DNA of 32,000 bases from contig NZ_PQWO01000001.1 of the NCBI RefSeq assembly GCF_003231495.1, forward strand, positions 300,001 to 332,000, given 5' to 3'. Below, piece after piece: positions 30,089-32,000 of this stretch; position 1 is the first letter of the stretch, and each line of letters starts with the position of its first letter. This stretch comes from Acaryochloris thomasi RCC1774. GTDB lineage: Bacteria; Cyanobacteriota; Cyanobacteriia; Thermosynechococcales; Thermosynechococcaceae. The notes below the pieces were generated by a model, which was not told the origin of the DNA, made no database searches, and worked only from the letters and a program-made list of their open reading frames with translations. Both the position numbers and the translations under genes were made by a program.

Positions 30089-30514
30089 CTAGTTGAGTAG
30101 CCCTTTGACGCTATCGGTAATGCCTTCAGCAGCATCCTGAACTTCAGAACCGATATCGCCAGCTGTTCCCTGAACACGGCCTACATCTCGCTTGGCTTTG
30201 CCATCCAACTTCTTAGCGACGCCTTCAGCTTTATTCTGCGTATTGCCTACTCGACTTTGAACCTCGCCAGCAGCACCTTGTACAGCACCTTCTAGTTTGT
30301 TGCTAGTACCGGCACCGACGGTGGCGTCGAGATCTGACTTGGCCTTGCTGTCTGCTCTGCCAAAGAGGGCTGCCATGGGCTGCGTGGGTGATGCGATCGC
30401 AACTCCACCATCGAGTGGTGTACCCAGACTGACAGTGATTACTGTGGCGACTAGGAACAATCCTGTCAAAGCCTTGGCGGCTAACGATCGAATTTTTTTG
30501 CTTATAGGTTGCAT
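30089..30514 (-). CDS. CsbD-like domain protein with an N-terminal signal/anchor helix
   Basis: 141 aa, with GGGAG 6-7 nt upstream of the ATG. The N-terminus LAAKALTGLFLVATVITVSLG is hydrophobic. The C-terminal NKLEGAVQGAAGEVQSRVGNTQNKAEGVAKKLDGKAKRDVGRVQGTAGDIGSEVQDAAEGITDSVKGLL resembles repeated CsbD motifs. Confidence 0.7.
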   Translation of the reverse strand: MQPISKKIRSLAAKALTGLFLVATVITVSLGTPLDGGVAIASPTQPMAALFGRADSKAKSDLDATVGAGTSNKLEGAVQGAAGEVQSRVGNTQNKAEGVAKKLDGKAKRDVGRVQGTAGDIGSEVQDAAEGITDSVKGLLN

Positions 30515-30928
30515 AACTTGCTCCCAAAATATAGGTTGGACGACGAATCACCCGACAGCCGGGTCGGCTCAGCAATAGACCGTATCGTTCTTCAATACAG
30601 TTCTTGCGAAATAGAACAGATGACTGCTTCAGAGTGAAACAGAGATTGCCAGCTCAATCTGAAAATGCTGTTGAAACAAGACAGCGAACCAAGCTTGAGG
30701 CAGACCTCATTACATCCGCTGCATAGCTGCCTTTCTTTGAGCTGACATCAAGTTATCCTGTTCGGCTGAAGCCACACCTCTACCCTGAGATGGATCTCTA
30801 AGAAGCCTTGGGATAGACCGTGGCCTTACATCGCCTCAATCCGAAAACATAGTCCCTCGAAAGTGTAGGGAAGAGGCGCACATCACACAAACCGGATCTT
30901 TGCAAAACAGGCTGCTGCACAACGGTTG

Positions 30929-32000
30929 TTAGGGCTGAGGCACCCAGACTGAAATAGAGCCGCCCTGACAACGGAACTCAGCCCAGCCTTCTGCATTGGT
31001 TGTGACGGGCTCATCAACATGCTCGGTGAGATCGATATAGGTGCGATGGGGCTGACCGATCTCCATCCATTTGGTGCCGTCATCGCCGTTGCTGATCACC
31101 ACCGCCACACCGCCAGGATGTTCATCATTACCTAGCCTTGTCCAGCCAAGGCAGTTGGCGTGATCAAAGTAGTCATATTGGTCGCCATATGCGTAGGCTT
31201 GGCGGGCAGAAAGGAACTTATCAATCAGCCATTGGTGACTGTCTAACCAGATTTCGTATTCATTGCCGTCTTTGCCATAGTCTGTATAGTGAGCACCGTA
31301 ATAGTCTGCATAAAAGACGCAGGGGTACCCATCTCGGCGCAGCAGAATCAGCCCGTAGGCTAGAGGCTTAAACCAAGACTCTACAACTGATTCAAGAGCC
31401 TGCAGCGGTTGCGAGTCATGGTTTTCAACCAAGGTGACGGCCAGAGCGGGCTGCTGCTTGACGAGGGTGCCGTCGAAGATTTGTCGCAGGTCATAATTTT
31501 GCCCCTGCTTGCCCGCTTCGGTGAAGTTGTAGTGCAGCGGTGCATCAAAGAGCATGACATCACCCCCCGTAACTGAGACAAAGTGGTGGAGGGCTTCAAT
31601 CTCGTCAGACCAATACTCTCCCACGGCAAATAACTTTTTCCCTGACACCTGACGACAGTGGTTAAGCCAATCGGGAAAGAAATTAGCCTTTACATGCTTA
31701 ACGGCATCGAACCGGAATCCGTCAACTTGGGTAGTGTCTACATACCAAGCTCCCCAGCGCATGAGTTCATCTCGAACCTCAGGATGCTCCATGTCTAGAT
31801 CACAGCCCATGAGGTAGTCAAAAACACCTTTTTCTAGATCGACATTGTTGTCAAAGGCTTTGCCTTCAAACAGGTAGACTGCCTGTTGTTCATCGTTGTA
31901 GGCGTTGTAGTCTACTGCATCGAAGTGCCACCAGTGCCATTCCATTTCGGAGTATTTGCCCTGCCGCCCTGGAAACGTATAGTGGGTCCAAACCTTAACG
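30929..32000 (-). CDS. GH13 alpha-amylase (cytoplasmic AmyA / B. licheniformis-like type), C-terminal ~357 aa; the gene continues past the right edge
   Basis: The frame stays open upstream of the track Met (…VKVWTHYTFPGRQGKYSEMEWHWWHFDAVDY…). Conserved GH13 regions are present: DGFRFDAVKH (region II), AVGEYW (region III) and LVENHDSQP (region IV). Confidence 0.9.
   Translation of the reverse strand, partial: VKVWTHYTFPGRQGKYSEMEWHWWHFDAVDYNAYNDEQQAVYLFEGKAFDNNVDLEKGVFDYLMGCDLDMEHPEVRDELMRWGAWYVDTTQVDGFRFDAVKHVKANFFPDWLNHCRQVSGKKLFAVGEYWSDEIEALHHFVSVTGGDVMLFDAPLHYNFTEAGKQGQNYDLRQIFDGTLVKQQPALAVTLVENHDSQPLQALESVVESWFKPLAYGLILLRRDGYPCVFYADYYGAHYTDYGKDGNEYEIWLDSHQWLIDKFLSARQAYAYGDQYDYFDHANCLGWTRLGNDEHPGGVAVVISNGDDGTKWMEIGQPHRTYIDLTEHVDEPVTTNAEGWAEFRCQGGSISVWVPQP

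Noticed and set aside
30515-30928. The 414-nt spacer between the CsbD-like operon and the amylase gene, considered as a possible ncRNA or riboswitch
   Set aside because: I found only short hairpins (for example ccgac-agccgg-gtcgg at about 30563-30578) and no recognisable riboswitch core or conserved motif. It is most simply a promoter/5'-UTR region. A covariance-model scan (Rfam) would be needed to say more.
1-32000. A search for mobile elements, defence systems (RM, TA, CBASS, retron, CRISPR-Cas), tRNA/rRNA genes and tandem DNA repeats outside the giant kinase
   Set aside because: I found no transposase, integrase, nuclease or reverse-transcriptase-like translations in the ORF track. I also found no spacer-repeat periodicity and no tRNA-like cloverleaf candidates. 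HIP1 is present throughout, which argues for native chromosomal DNA.

Overview
The window looks like a cyanobacterial chromosomal segment. The HIP1 octamer GCGATCGC is scattered throughout, and I see no transposase, integrase, phage gene, CRISPR array, tRNA or rRNA. It has three blocks. (1) Positions 1-10.9 kb, minus strand: a giant soluble histidine kinase of about 2,830 aa made of 13 tandem GAF modules and one HisKA_3/HATPase core. Downstream lie a NarL-type response regulator, an AraC regulator and a sensor-less histidine kinase that runs off the left edge. (2) Positions 11.3-22 kb: a monothiol DsbA-like protein, then an eRF1-like (baeRF-type) protein. A co-directional signalling cluster follows, with 4 kinase cores and 7 receiver domains but no DNA-binding output. 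Its first kinase carries a GAF with both cyanobacteriochrome cysteine motifs (DNCF and VCH), and two phytochrome-associated-type single-domain response regulators are interleaved. (3) Positions 22-32 kb: a group-2 sigma-70 factor and four MscS-family channel genes. One channel is translationally coupled to a 378-aa protein that reads as a Walker-A-dead AAA+-like protein with a C-terminal wHTH. Further on are a palindromic CT/GA-rich intergenic element, three small CsbD/secreted stress-type genes ending in a clean intrinsic terminator, and a partial GH13 alpha-amylase. The best candidates for follow-up are the 13-GAF kinase, the candidate photoreceptor-headed kinase cascade, the pseudo-ATPase/MscS pair and the eRF1-like orphan. 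All domain calls come from reading motifs by eye. No database search was run.
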